Notes under the pieces: generated by a model
Told to the model about the DNA's origin: nothing
The model's input: the letters and a program-made list of their open reading frames with translations, nothing else
Databases searched by the model: none
Assembly: GCF_002571385.2 (NCBI RefSeq)
Contig: NW_019217896.1
Coordinates: forward strand, 215,247-279,246
DNA length: 64,000 nucleotides
Direction: 5' to 3'
From: Stylophora pistillata
Lineage: Eukaryota
Part shown: positions 24,501 to 36,500 of the stretch, piece by piece
How the letters are laid out: each line of letters begins with the position of its first letter
How positions within the stretch are numbered: the stretch's first letter is position 1
Made by a program: the position numbers and the translations under genes

Positions 24501-27500
24501 TTTCATGTGCAAATCTGGGCCATTGCCATCACAACTCCTAAATGTATACCATATTTTAAGGGAAAACAGAGATAATAAGGTTTGAAGAAAAAATGTCGTA
24601 TTTTTTCCCTTTTCCTTCACTTATTCAATTTTATGTTTACCTTTAAGAATGGGGTGGCATTTTCTATTCACTGGACTGGTTATAACGTTTATTTTACCGT
24701 GAATTCGACGCTAAAAGACCAAACATGTGGTCTTTGTGGTACATTCAACGATATGAAAGAAGATGACTTCCACATGCGCAGTAATGACGACGTAGTTTCC
24801 ATCGACGACTTCGCAAAGGAATGGCTGATCCCAGATCTCTCCGATGCAAAGTGCGAGACGGAAAGCGTGGTGAGCTCGATCAACTACTGCAACATTTATG
24901 GACAAAACAAACAGTGGACCCTTGATCAGTGTTTGAAACTAAAAGATACTTCGCTTCCTTTTGCTGCCTGTCACAGTGAGGTGAGTGTGTTGGAGTACTT
25001 TGAAAAGTGTGTGCAAGACGGATGTCGATGCAAGGGATGCCTGTGTGACGTCATAGCAGGGTATGCAAAGGCCTGTGCGGACAAGGGCATCGATTTGAAC
25101 GGATGGAGGAACTTAGTTTCCAGCTGCGCGGCAGGTAGGTTTTAAACGATACATGTAACACGAAAGATAGAATTCTCGGTGTACTTCAAATACTCCAAAA
25201 TTAATGGGAAAACTGCGTCATATTTTGTAAAACTTGAGGTTTAAAACAGGCTACGAAAACGCTCAAGAGACGACGAATAAACACCGTTTCCAGATACACA
25301 GGTAGACATGTGAACACAGTAGAATCCAAATTTATCAAACGCTGGTTTTCTATAAAGTTCCAATAATTACGACCAAAGCTGGATTTGCTTCTCTTACTCA
25401 AACACAGTTACTTTACTCTAGAATTTTCTAAAGCCTTTCGAGAAATTAAACCGCAATTGTGTTCTTTTTTAAGAGGTTAAAAAAAATTGGAATTCGTCTA
25501 TACTTCCTTGTGATATATCGGATCGTGAGAAAAAAATCTCATTAAACACTTCTTTTAAGTATCTGAGTTCTTATTGTACCTTTGGCTACCTCTACATGTA
25601 CTTTATCTCCTAAACAAAGAACCAAATGATATTCCAGATTTCCAGTGCAATGCAGACATGAAGCTTGAGCAATGTCACAGACATAACAATGGGTCATTAG
25701 CTTGTCCTCAGACCTGCGAGGATCTAAATCCCGACCAAGACGGAGATTGCAAGAGGTAATGTGATTTGTGCTTAGCTACTAACTGGTTTAACGGGGTTGG
25801 CAACTGAACACCTTGAAGTAACTTCTCAGCTGGATGAAAGAAATAAAATGATCTGCTACAGGACTTGCATTATGTCACTTTGTCCCTCGTCACACATGGA
25901 CACAGTCGTGTTACACTCTTATTGTAAACTACTTTAACGTGAGCGACTTTTTTCCAGACGTGGCTGCGTAGAAGCTTGCTACTGTAAAGATAAGGACCAG
26001 GTTTTGAGAGGCAACAAATGCGTGCTAAAGGAGGACTGTCCTTGTTACTTTGAAGGGAAAGAGTATGAGAAGGGAGACACACGATTCGTTAGATGCAACA
26101 CTTGGTACGTTTGATTTTTATTGTTTTGGTTTCAAGGGTAACGTTTTTTACGCCAATGAAGTCATCTGACCTTTTTCTTATGTCCAAGATTTGCGGCAAA
26201 GAAGTAGTAAGAGGGGAAGAGGGGTGTGGTCATCTCGTTACGTTCTCAGCATGACTTAGTTCGGACATAATCATTAGAATTTCAGTGTTGAAATTGTGAA
26301 TCTGCAAATTTCACTGAAAAGCTCCGTTTACCGCACTCATCGTTTCCGAAGTTAGTGGTTTAATAAGATTCCTTTTCATGTGGGATATTCGTTTCCCCAT
26401 TGGTTTTTGCACTGTACTCCATATCGAAATGTTCGGGTTGGGTTTTGGTCCAAGCAGGGTCATACCTTTTGTTCTTTTTTTTTTTTTAAGATACGACATC
26501 TCACCTTCATTCAGTCTTTTTTCACCCAGGAGTTTGAGGGCCTGAATAGGGGTCCTCATGTTGTCGGTTGTCGTTTAGAATTTCACCAATTTATCGGTAG
26601 TCGGTTAAAATCTTCGATCTTTGTTGGTTGTCGGTCATTCTCAGTTAATGACTTAAAATGCAAGTTAACTGATCAAATTTGTTACGTAATTCGCGGGCAC
26701 GAGTTCTGGACCCTGTTCTGAAAATGAGCCTGCGCTCCCACCTGGTCATAGCGTAACTTTAATGACACAAAAATGCCATCAAAGGGGCTGCCCTCTAAGC
26801 CAGAGTGCTCTTCTATTTGAATACATATATCGCTAATGTCAGACCATGTCAGTGGTCGGTTACTATGTACTTGTCACCAATCAGTAAGTTTTTGTGGGGT
26901 TTTGTCGGTAGTTAGTTGTAGTTTCGCCCTTTGTCGCTGGTCCTTTCACCTCATCCAGACCATCGGGTGTGCATGGAAATGTCAGAGAAACTTGATGGGA
27001 ATTTTGTGATTTGGAAGGCCACGGGTACCAGCGTAATGATGGACCAGCTTCCCATGAAAGGAGAGTAGACGTGTTGTTGCGCAGACACTGTAGAAGCAAC
27101 TGAGGAAAAGCTGAAGTAGTAATGAATATGTAGGCTAAGATGTTAGGTCGTAATACTTGACTTGGAGTTTTTAATTTCTTTTTACCCTTAGCACTTGCAA
27201 AGGAGGCGGACAATGGGAGTGTACTAACGACGATTGTGATAGTAAGTGCAGTAAATGTGTAAAACATGTGGCCAGAAAGAAGTCAAGCCTTTTAAGTTCA
27301 TCAGTTTAATCGAACACGCAGTGAGATTTCTTCAAACTGTAACTTTTGTCTCCATTACTATTTTAATTGCCTTTCTTACCTCGATCATGTTTCTTCTTCT
27401 CAATGCTATGGTGTTCAGAGCTTGATTTTGTTGTGAGTTGCGATTAAGTTGCGGTTAGCGGGTTTTGTTGCGGTTAGCGGGTTTTGTTGCGGTTAGCGAG

Positions 27501-30500
27501 TTTTGTTCAGTGTCGTGAATTAAAATGACGGATTGACTTCAAGTGAGTGGATCACTGGCTGAGTGCAGTCTGACTCACTGACTAAATGGATGAATAAGTG
27601 AAAGATTGATTGAATAAATGAATCAGAATGGATGATGGGTTGACGGACGGACGGACGGAGGGTATCTTGACAAATGAATGGAGAGGTGAGTGAATGAATT
27701 GATGCCGGAACGAATGGGTCGCTGGATGGAGATATAAACAGAAGGAAAAATAAATGAATGGATAAATGAATGAACGAATGAATGAATGAATGAATGAATG
27801 AATGAATGAATCAGTTAATTAGTTAATGGATCTATGGGTGCATAAGTGAGAGAGTATATGGATAGATATATAGATGAATGAGTAAACAGAGAGAACAGTG
27901 GGAACTCAAAACTGGAACCAAAAGGAAACGGTGACAATTAGGTCGGGTTATTTTAAGCTGCATTTTTTACATTTAAAGTATTTTACAAGTTTTTGTGTTT
28001 CGATTCCAATTTGAACAATCACGTTTGTTTTTCAATTTTTCTCTGTAGAAATGTGCGCCAGTGATGGAAAGGTGTACTCAGACTGTGGCCTCACTTGCGA
28101 CAACTACCTGATGAGTGACATCTCACGACAGTCCCGGTGTAAGCGGGGATGTTTCTGTCCTGGTGATCAACTGCTCCTTGAAAACGGAACTTGCGTGGAA
28201 AAGAATCAGTGTGGCTGTAAACACAACAATAAGATTTATCAGAAGGGTGAAGCTAACCCAGTTGATTGCTCAAAGTACGTGTACTATTAATGCAAAAATG
28301 TAACACGGTATGAAGTGTTTTAAGCGTTCTCAATTTAAGTTTGTTTAACTTGTATCATAGGTAGTTTGCTCTGTCTTGCATTGTTCATCTTATCAAAAAA
28401 TGGATTAAAAATAGAAAAAAAGAGTATTTATTAGGAATTCATGCCGAGGGGAGGAGGCATCTTAAATAAGGTTATGCAGCCAACGTTGTACACTCAAAAA
28501 ATCGCCTTTTCATCTCGTATTATTTGCAAGTTCGGCATTTCCACCAGTATCAAAAGATTGATCAAAAACAATTACGATATTTTAAATTTTTTTGATGGCT
28601 TTTTATTGAATATCATCGCTAAAGATATGATTGGTTATTATGCACGCTACCGGTAAACTATTTTTGGCCCCAATCCGACTCTGCAACTGCTCCGTTGTGA
28701 TGCTTGTGTTTTGTTGTGTTATGTATCCCACTATGAAGATGCTATCACCTTACCTTATGTCTATTTAATCATCCTTTAACAACCTAGAGAAATAGATATC
28801 ACGGATCACGATGGACCTTTTCAAATGCTGCCAAATTATTGTGTACTTATTTACCGTTAGCCTGAATAACAAGACTATTAATGTTAATTTCTTGATTTTT
28901 TTATTATCCCTCTAGAACTTGCAACGGCGCTCGTGAGTGGATCTCCGACAACGCGACCAATCCTTCGCCGGAATTCGAGTGCGCTGCCACGGGTCAGGAT
29001 CATTATCGATCATTTGATGGCAGATGGATCAAGTTTCATCAGGAGAGTTGTAAGTTAACCATGATGAAAGAAGATACAGTCGAAATCTCTGTCAAGAACG
29101 AGCCTTGCAGGTATGGTCTGAGTTTCTCATCAAATTTTTGCCTTTCGGCTCTCATTGGCTCTTTGTGATATCTTTTCCCTTTTTTTAAAAGTTTTGAATG
29201 CGGTTATGCAGTTAATGACTTGTTGCTATCTGCTGGAGTGTGGAAAAAAATTGGTGTAAAGTCCCTTCGTAACCTGGAAATTTTTATACTAGGTTTATAT
29301 CAAATTTCGGTCGGCAAGCGCATTCACGGTTCTGGGCATGCGTTGTACCTTATGAAAGAAGTATATGCGCACATCGTTAGCTTTGCTGTTGTGGTGTTTT
29401 TTTTCCTTTTTTTTTTCTTGGGCGTGGTGGAGGGGGGTGGGCGAAGCTAAGTATGTTGTCGAGATGAGTGAGTGAGTGTAACAACGGAATTCCGATGTTG
29501 ACCCAATTGTTGATGTAGAAGCGAAAGGCTCAGGCTACCACACTAAGAAACATTTCTAAAATCAGATTAGAGCCTGGACCAATTTTCAATCTTATTACAT
29601 CCATTTTGAAATCACTGGTGGTCCCTAAAATTTCACTGGCTCTAATAGTCCATTTTACAGTTGTGTGCTTGGTTGCCAAGCCTTTGAATGGGAGTGAGGC
29701 TGAGGGTGACCTTGTTATGATACAAGCCTTGCTTCCTTTCAAATGTAAATCACTTTGTTATCATGCTAACTAGATACAGGTCTCTATCATGACAAGGTCA
29801 CCTTCAGCCTCACTCCAAATCAAAGGCTTGGCAACTAAGTACACAACTGTAAAATGGCCTATTNNNNNNNNNNNNNNNNNNNNNNNNNNNNNNNNNNNNN
29901 NNNNNNNNNNNNNNNNNNNNNNNNNNNNNNNNNNNNNNNNNNNNNNNNNNNNNNNNNNNNNNNNNNNNNNNNNNNNNNNNNNNNNNNNNNNNNNNNNNNN
30001 NNNNNNNNNNNNNNNNNNNNNNNNNNNNNNNNNNNNNNNNNNNNNNNNNNNNNNNNNNNNNNNNNNNNNNNNNNNNNNNNNNNNNNNNNNNNNNNNNNNN
30101 NNNNNNNNNNNNNNNNNNNNNNNNNNNNNNNNNNNNNNNNNNNNNNNNNNNNNNNNNNNNNNNNNNNNNNNNNNNNNNNNNNNNNNNNNNNNNNNNNNNN
30201 NNNNNNNNNNNNNNNNNNNNNNNNNNNNNNNNNNNNNNNNNNNNNNNNNNNNNNNNNNNNNNNNNNNNNNTATATATATATATATATAAATAGAATAAAT
30301 GTTTGAAAAGAAAATTTTCCCTGAGCGGGATTTGAACCCACGTCCCCCTGTTACTAGTCAGGTGTGATGACCACTACACTATCAGGACAACCATGCTGGC
30401 AATACGGCAATGTGATTTACGTGATCGGAGACGTGGTCTCCCGGGAAACTTAATTTTCAAGGTGACAGGGTAGGGGAAGCCTATAACCCCATATGAAACC

Positions 30501-33500
30501 CAACTAAGGATCTATTAAAGATACACGACCGAAATCAACTTAGCGGATGACAAAGGAGGATCCAATTACAGATACAGGCTAATTTCAATTAAACAAATTC
30601 TGTATACGAGGGAAACCCTGACTCTGTACACCCCAAATAATCATACTTAGATAGAATAAATGTTTGAAAAGACAATTTGCCAAAGGATCCTCCTTTGTCA
30701 TCCGAGAGCAAAAAAATTGGTGTAACGTTGGAATCACATCACTTGAATCATAAGGAATTTTTTCCTGCTCAGCGTACCTATATCGAGTTATGGATGCGAT
30801 GGATGCGTGTAGGAAGTTTGGAGAGCACGAGAGAAGCGTAAGAGTCGCTCAGGGCGCAGTCGAAAATAACTTTTTTTAGCTTCTTTAGTGTTCTCCAAAC
30901 TTCTAAAGTGCGCCCATAACTCAACATACGCACAGCTAAAAGCAACAATTGATTCTTTTACAATATAGGGGTCACAACTTATGTTTGAAGAAAGAGTTTT
31001 ATTATTATTGTAGTGTCGGGTTTACCAGGTAATCGCAATCTACCAAAAAACTGACTAAAAGACAAGGCAAAAACGACTAAAAAATATTTCAGGACTAAAG
31101 ATTAATTAAAGAATTGTAAATTTGCTGATAAGAAGCGAAAAACAAACGAATTTCTTGCATGTACGAGACCGTGTAGTGGATTCAACATGCTTGAATCTGT
31201 TGTTTACTGGAATACAGGGCCGGAAAATTACGTAGGTTTGCGATGAAAATTCTTAAATTGTACGATTAAAAAATTAAAATATTCTATTGTAAAATACTTT
31301 TAGGACATATTAACAATTAAAAATGACGGTCACAGTTCGGAAAACGAAGCGAAAAACATACAAATTTCTTACGTTTACCAAACCCGTTGAATTACCAGAC
31401 TTGAATTGTTGTTTACTAGAATTTACAACCAGAGTCGAAAAGTCTGAAAATTGTACGATTTAGACCAAAATCTTCTATTGTTCCTGTCGTTGTCTTCACA
31501 ATCACCGCGAACTTTGAAGTGATTTCACGATGGGCATTGTTTAGTTTGACAGATGTATTGTTTTTCGTGTCTGGGCTCAAGACAATGGCCCCTCACTCGA
31601 AACGCGCCATTTTGAACGCATCTTCGACTGCCAATTTTCAAACTATAAAGGATAGTAGTTCCTGTTGACCAATTTTCAAAATGAAAACGAATTCTTTTAG
31701 AGGAAAGATTAATGTGCCATTTGCCGGGCGTTGACTCGATTAAATCGATCTTAAAAATGACTTCATACCAAATATGACCAAATTTAGTGCACTTTCAAGT
31801 GCAAAAGGATCATTCTCATACTTCGTAGATTTCCTACATTTAGATACAAAATGTAGGTACATCTTTAATTTTCAAAAAGGCGCGCGTTGATTTAGGAGTT
31901 AGCGCTTTTAAAACTCAGAAAAGTGAATGTTACAAAGCCTAGTGGGCCAACTTTGGCCCAATTTTCTCTAATTTAAATGTCATCAAAGCGAGCTCGCGTT
32001 CAAATTTGTCGCTCTATCGGTAATGAATAATTAATGATGTCCATGCATTCTGCAAGGCTTGCCCGAAAAGTTTGTAAACCAATCGGCTCCGCCTCGTGGT
32101 TTACAAACTTTTCTCGCATTCTCCCAAAATTTCCTAAAGTGGTTTATTGTTTAATTTTACTGTAGAAAGTAATGTGCCCTTCCTGAGCCTTTTTTTCAAA
32201 GCTAACACTCACTTACGTGCTTCGTTTTCGTGCCTAAAGAACATGTGAGGAAGAAATCAATTTTTTATCTTTCTTGTACTCTGCAAATAGTTGTCTCAGC
32301 TTGCGTCGATTGCTATCTAATCTCCTTACTCTTTCTCCCAGTACTCCTCCTTTTTTTCATGTGTGCCCTGCCACGTTTTCTTTTTTCGTCTAAGGTAACA
32401 TTTCTATAATTTGCCTTCAACACATCTTTTTGCGTGTATCCATTTTTTAAGTATATATGATTTTCCCAGAATTTTTAAGCTTGCAATCGGTTCCTCTAAT
32501 AGATTTTTCTCCCTTCTGAGCTGAAGAGATCTCGTTGGTGGGCTTAGGTTCACTAGGTTCATAAGCGACGAACTCCCTGAGTATTCAAAACATCATTAAA
32601 GTCGAAAGAGTCTTGTAAGGAGATAAGGCTGATTATTGCAGAAAAAATTTTGAAATTGAAGATATTTAAAAACTCTCCATAGGTTCGATTTGACCAAGGT
32701 TCCCGAGTGTATATCACACCCAATCCAGCCTATAGGAAAGCGGACAAGCTCTCTGGTCTATGCGGTAACTTTAACGGACTGGTTCAGGATGACCTGAAGC
32801 TTCGCGATAACGTCACGGCAAGTGATGATCTTGAGTTTGGTTATGTTTGGAAAGATGAAGAGGACTGCCCCCGTCCAAAGTCTCTTGATCCTTGTACGGA
32901 AAATCCATCTCGCCAAGGCTGGGCCGAGAAAGGTAAGTAGTCGTATGTGATTTTGCTTAGGGAGCGACAAAATTGAGCTTAAGTCTTTTAATAAAAAAGT
33001 AAGCTTCGGAAAACGTATAGGATCGGATATTTACACGAGGTCTAACCCATCCTCGGAGACCCAGGGGCAGTGAGTCGATTTCAAGTTAAGGGCAGAAGAG
33101 CCCCTGGGGACATTGTCCTACAAGACTAGTTCCAAACGGTCGCAGTCGTTCTGGCATCTGATTGGTGCCAGAAAATCTTTGTTTTTTTCTGCCCAATCAG
33201 AGTGAAGTGTCGTTTGGAGTCCTTTCGTGTGTTTTAACATGCACATATTGAACAAGCCTGTTGCTCGCTATGTTTGTCTCGGCCGTGCGACGAAGCTTTG
33301 CCCGAGGGGAAAAGTTTCAGTCTCAGCACACAATGTAAGAGAAATCGATCAGATTGTCCGCGAAATCTTACCGNCCCAGGGGCTCTTCTGCCCTTAACTT
33401 GAAATCGCCTCACTGCCCCTGGGTCTCCGAGGATGGGTCTAACCCAAACCGCGGTTTTACGTAAGCAGTGGGCCTCAAGAATTCTCTTTGAGAGGGTTGA

Positions 33501-36500
33501 TTGAATTCAATGATTGTCCTTCCATTATTAGCTTTCAGCCCTCTTGACACTGATCACAGAGTAGATGTTCAGATAAAAGGTTTGGCTAAATTGAATATGA
33601 CCTAGAACGCGGTTTTATCATACAACTTTGTTTAAATAGCCGGCCTATAGTTTTTGTCCTTGCCTCAGTACGATGTTCTACGACCGAGTCATGAAGAATT
33701 GGATGGTGGGGCGGACTATGTACTAACCTCATAAATTATGTTAAAAGCGTCCTACTTATTGTTACGATCAACAATCTTCAAAGCTTCTTGTTTGAAAAGA
33801 ATTGGATATATCAACAAAGTCGAAATGGTAAATTGGCCACCGTAACGACTACAAAAGCTGACGTTTCGAGCGTTAGCCCTTCGTCGGAGCGATAACAGAA
33901 TAGTTGACTGACTCACTGGTACCTGACCTGCTGACTGACTATTTGACCAAATTTTAGTCTTTTCTTACAGATTTCAGCATAATCTATTAAAAAAATTGGT
34001 TTTGGCAACTTTGCAGATACCTTTTGCAAAACCGAGTTTTCAGCCTGAGTTGAAAAGGACTTGACCCATTTCACACTGTGGCCACACTTCGCAGGCAACG
34101 TTGTGTTTCAACCAAATTTTAGTGTATTCTTATAGATTTCAATACAATCTGGTCAAAAAAATTGGATTTGGCAAGTTTGCAGATACTTTTTGGAAAACCG
34201 TGTTTTCAGCCCGAGTTGAGCAAGACTTGGCACATTTCACTCTCTGGCCAAATTTCGGTAGAAAGATCGGGTCTCAACCAACTTTTGGCGTTTTCTTTCA
34301 GATTTCAATGCAATGTGGTCAAAAATTTGGTTTGGGGTTATTTGCAGATAGTTTTGCAAAACAGTGTTTTCAGCGTAAGTTGAGCAAGACTCTACCCATT
34401 TCACTCTCTAGCCAAATTTTTCGCTCCGACGAAGGGCTAACGCTCGAAACGTCAGCTTTTGTAATCGTTACGATGGCCAATTTACCATTTCAACTTTGTT
34501 GATATATCCAAATTATTTCGTTACTCCCACCGACGCAGCCCCAAACAGTTTCTTTCGAAACTATCAGGCTTGTTTGAAAAGAGACTTACAAAGACAATTG
34601 CCTTGTTATTTTTAAGGCTGTAACGAGATCAAGACAAATGCCAACTTCAAAGCATGCCACGATACCGTAGATCCTGAGCCTTATTTAAAGGCCTGTAAAC
34701 ATGAGTCCTGCCTCTGCAACGCGGGAGGGGACTGCGCATGCTTCTGTTCAGCGATAGCGACATACGTTCGAGCCTGCAATCAGATGGGCATCTCAATTAC
34801 ATGGCGTAGAGAAGGCTTTTGCGGTGAGTGTTAAGACATGGTTTACTTATTTATTTGAATGTCTGTTTAGGTATTTATATGCAGTATTTTTAAGGAATTC
34901 AGGAGAAGGGAAAAAAGTAGGTAGCATTCAAGAAGGGTAACAACAGGGAAAAGAGGATGAAGGAATTTTTCCAAACGATTTAGGGCATGCAACTCAGGTG
35001 AACAAGAAAGATCACCAAAAGCTATTATGTTGATAATTATTTGAAGATCTTTTTCTTAAAAATGATCGGCACAAAATTGCCCCACAATGAGGGCACTTTA
35101 AACTACATTGGTGAGTTAGGTTCCCTCATTAGATATTGTATCATCATCATTATTAAACGAAGCGTGTATCCACTAGCTTTTCTTAGATTTTTAATCAGAC
35201 ATTCTAATGCATTTTTCGATTTTTAAGCACCTTATCATAATTATGTAAATGTTTTTAGTGATTGTAGAATAAATAAATTATCATTATTATTAAAATTATT
35301 ATTACTATTATTATTATTATTATCGTTGAAGTTTTTACGTTCTAATTTTTCTTGATCGCAGTTCCTAGTCTTATGATATCATTATGTCTGTATAAATTCC
35401 AGAACTACCATGTTGTCGTCCCTGTGAGAATACCGGTGGTTACCTTGCCAACATTAGTTTGCCTTCAACGTGCGAGCAGACTCCAAAGGATTGCGAAAAG
35501 TTGGGGGCAAGGTGCTGTCGAGGACCACGTGTGGAAGGGTGTTCATGTCCCAGTGGAACTTTCTTCGATGGTAAGAAATGTGTCAATCAGACTAGCAAGT
35601 GTGAGAGGCCTTGCGTTGGCTCATCGACCGTCGCGTCCTCCACCACAAGTGTGTCAACTACAACCAGCATCAGGTGTGTGATTAAGAACACAATGTTCAT
35701 GTTTGCTATGCTACTTTAGTCTACTATAATTTTAAAGAAGTTGTTACATTGTCACTTCGTAACAGAGCTCCGGTCCGACAACTAGCCCTTCATAGTTTCA
35801 TCAACTACTGTAAAACCAAGAATGGAAGCTAGTATAAAAATCTAAAAAGTCATTAAACTTGTCCTTGGTAAAGGGGGTCTTGTCCTCTTAAAGTTTGATG
35901 TACTTTGTTGGTAAGAAATGCCTCAATCTGGGCTTTCTAACATTTTAGCATTTAGGCTTTTCCTATAACTCTGTGGAAAATTTTTCTTTCTATAACGAAA
36001 AGGCATAAAACTGACTCTTTCCCGTGCATTGGGCATCACCAAAAACTTCTTGATTCGAGGCACATTACGTAACTATTTGATAAAAAAAACTAATAACAAC
36101 AGATGTGAGACTGTAAATGTCAAAAGGCAAGAATAAATAATACACATCTCTAACCTTTTCTCTCTCTTTTCCTATCTTTTTCGAAGCATTTCAAGTTCCT
36201 CACGTGCGAGCACATCCACGTCAACATCAACTTCATACAGTAAGAGTACATCTACTAGTGCATCAACATCTCTGAGCACAAGTACCTCGATGTCAATTAG
36301 CAGTAGTGTATCTACGCCATCATCCACTAGTATTAGCTCTCCAACAACATCACTTTCGTCGTCAACGTCACTGACTTCAAGTGGGTCAACAAGTCTTTCA
36401 ACGTCGGCCAGCACCTCCACGTCAACCTCAACTAGTGTGAGCTTACCAACAACATCCGTTTCCACGTCATATTCAAGTGGTAGCAAAAGTTATTCCACCT

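Noticed and set aside
29789-30341. ORFs spanning poly-X (also 44149-44745)
   Set aside because: Artefacts of N runs.
34101-34502. 133-aa ORF inside the inverted-repeat element
   Set aside because: Non-ATG start, derives from tandem ~165-bp units, and has no RT or endonuclease motifs.
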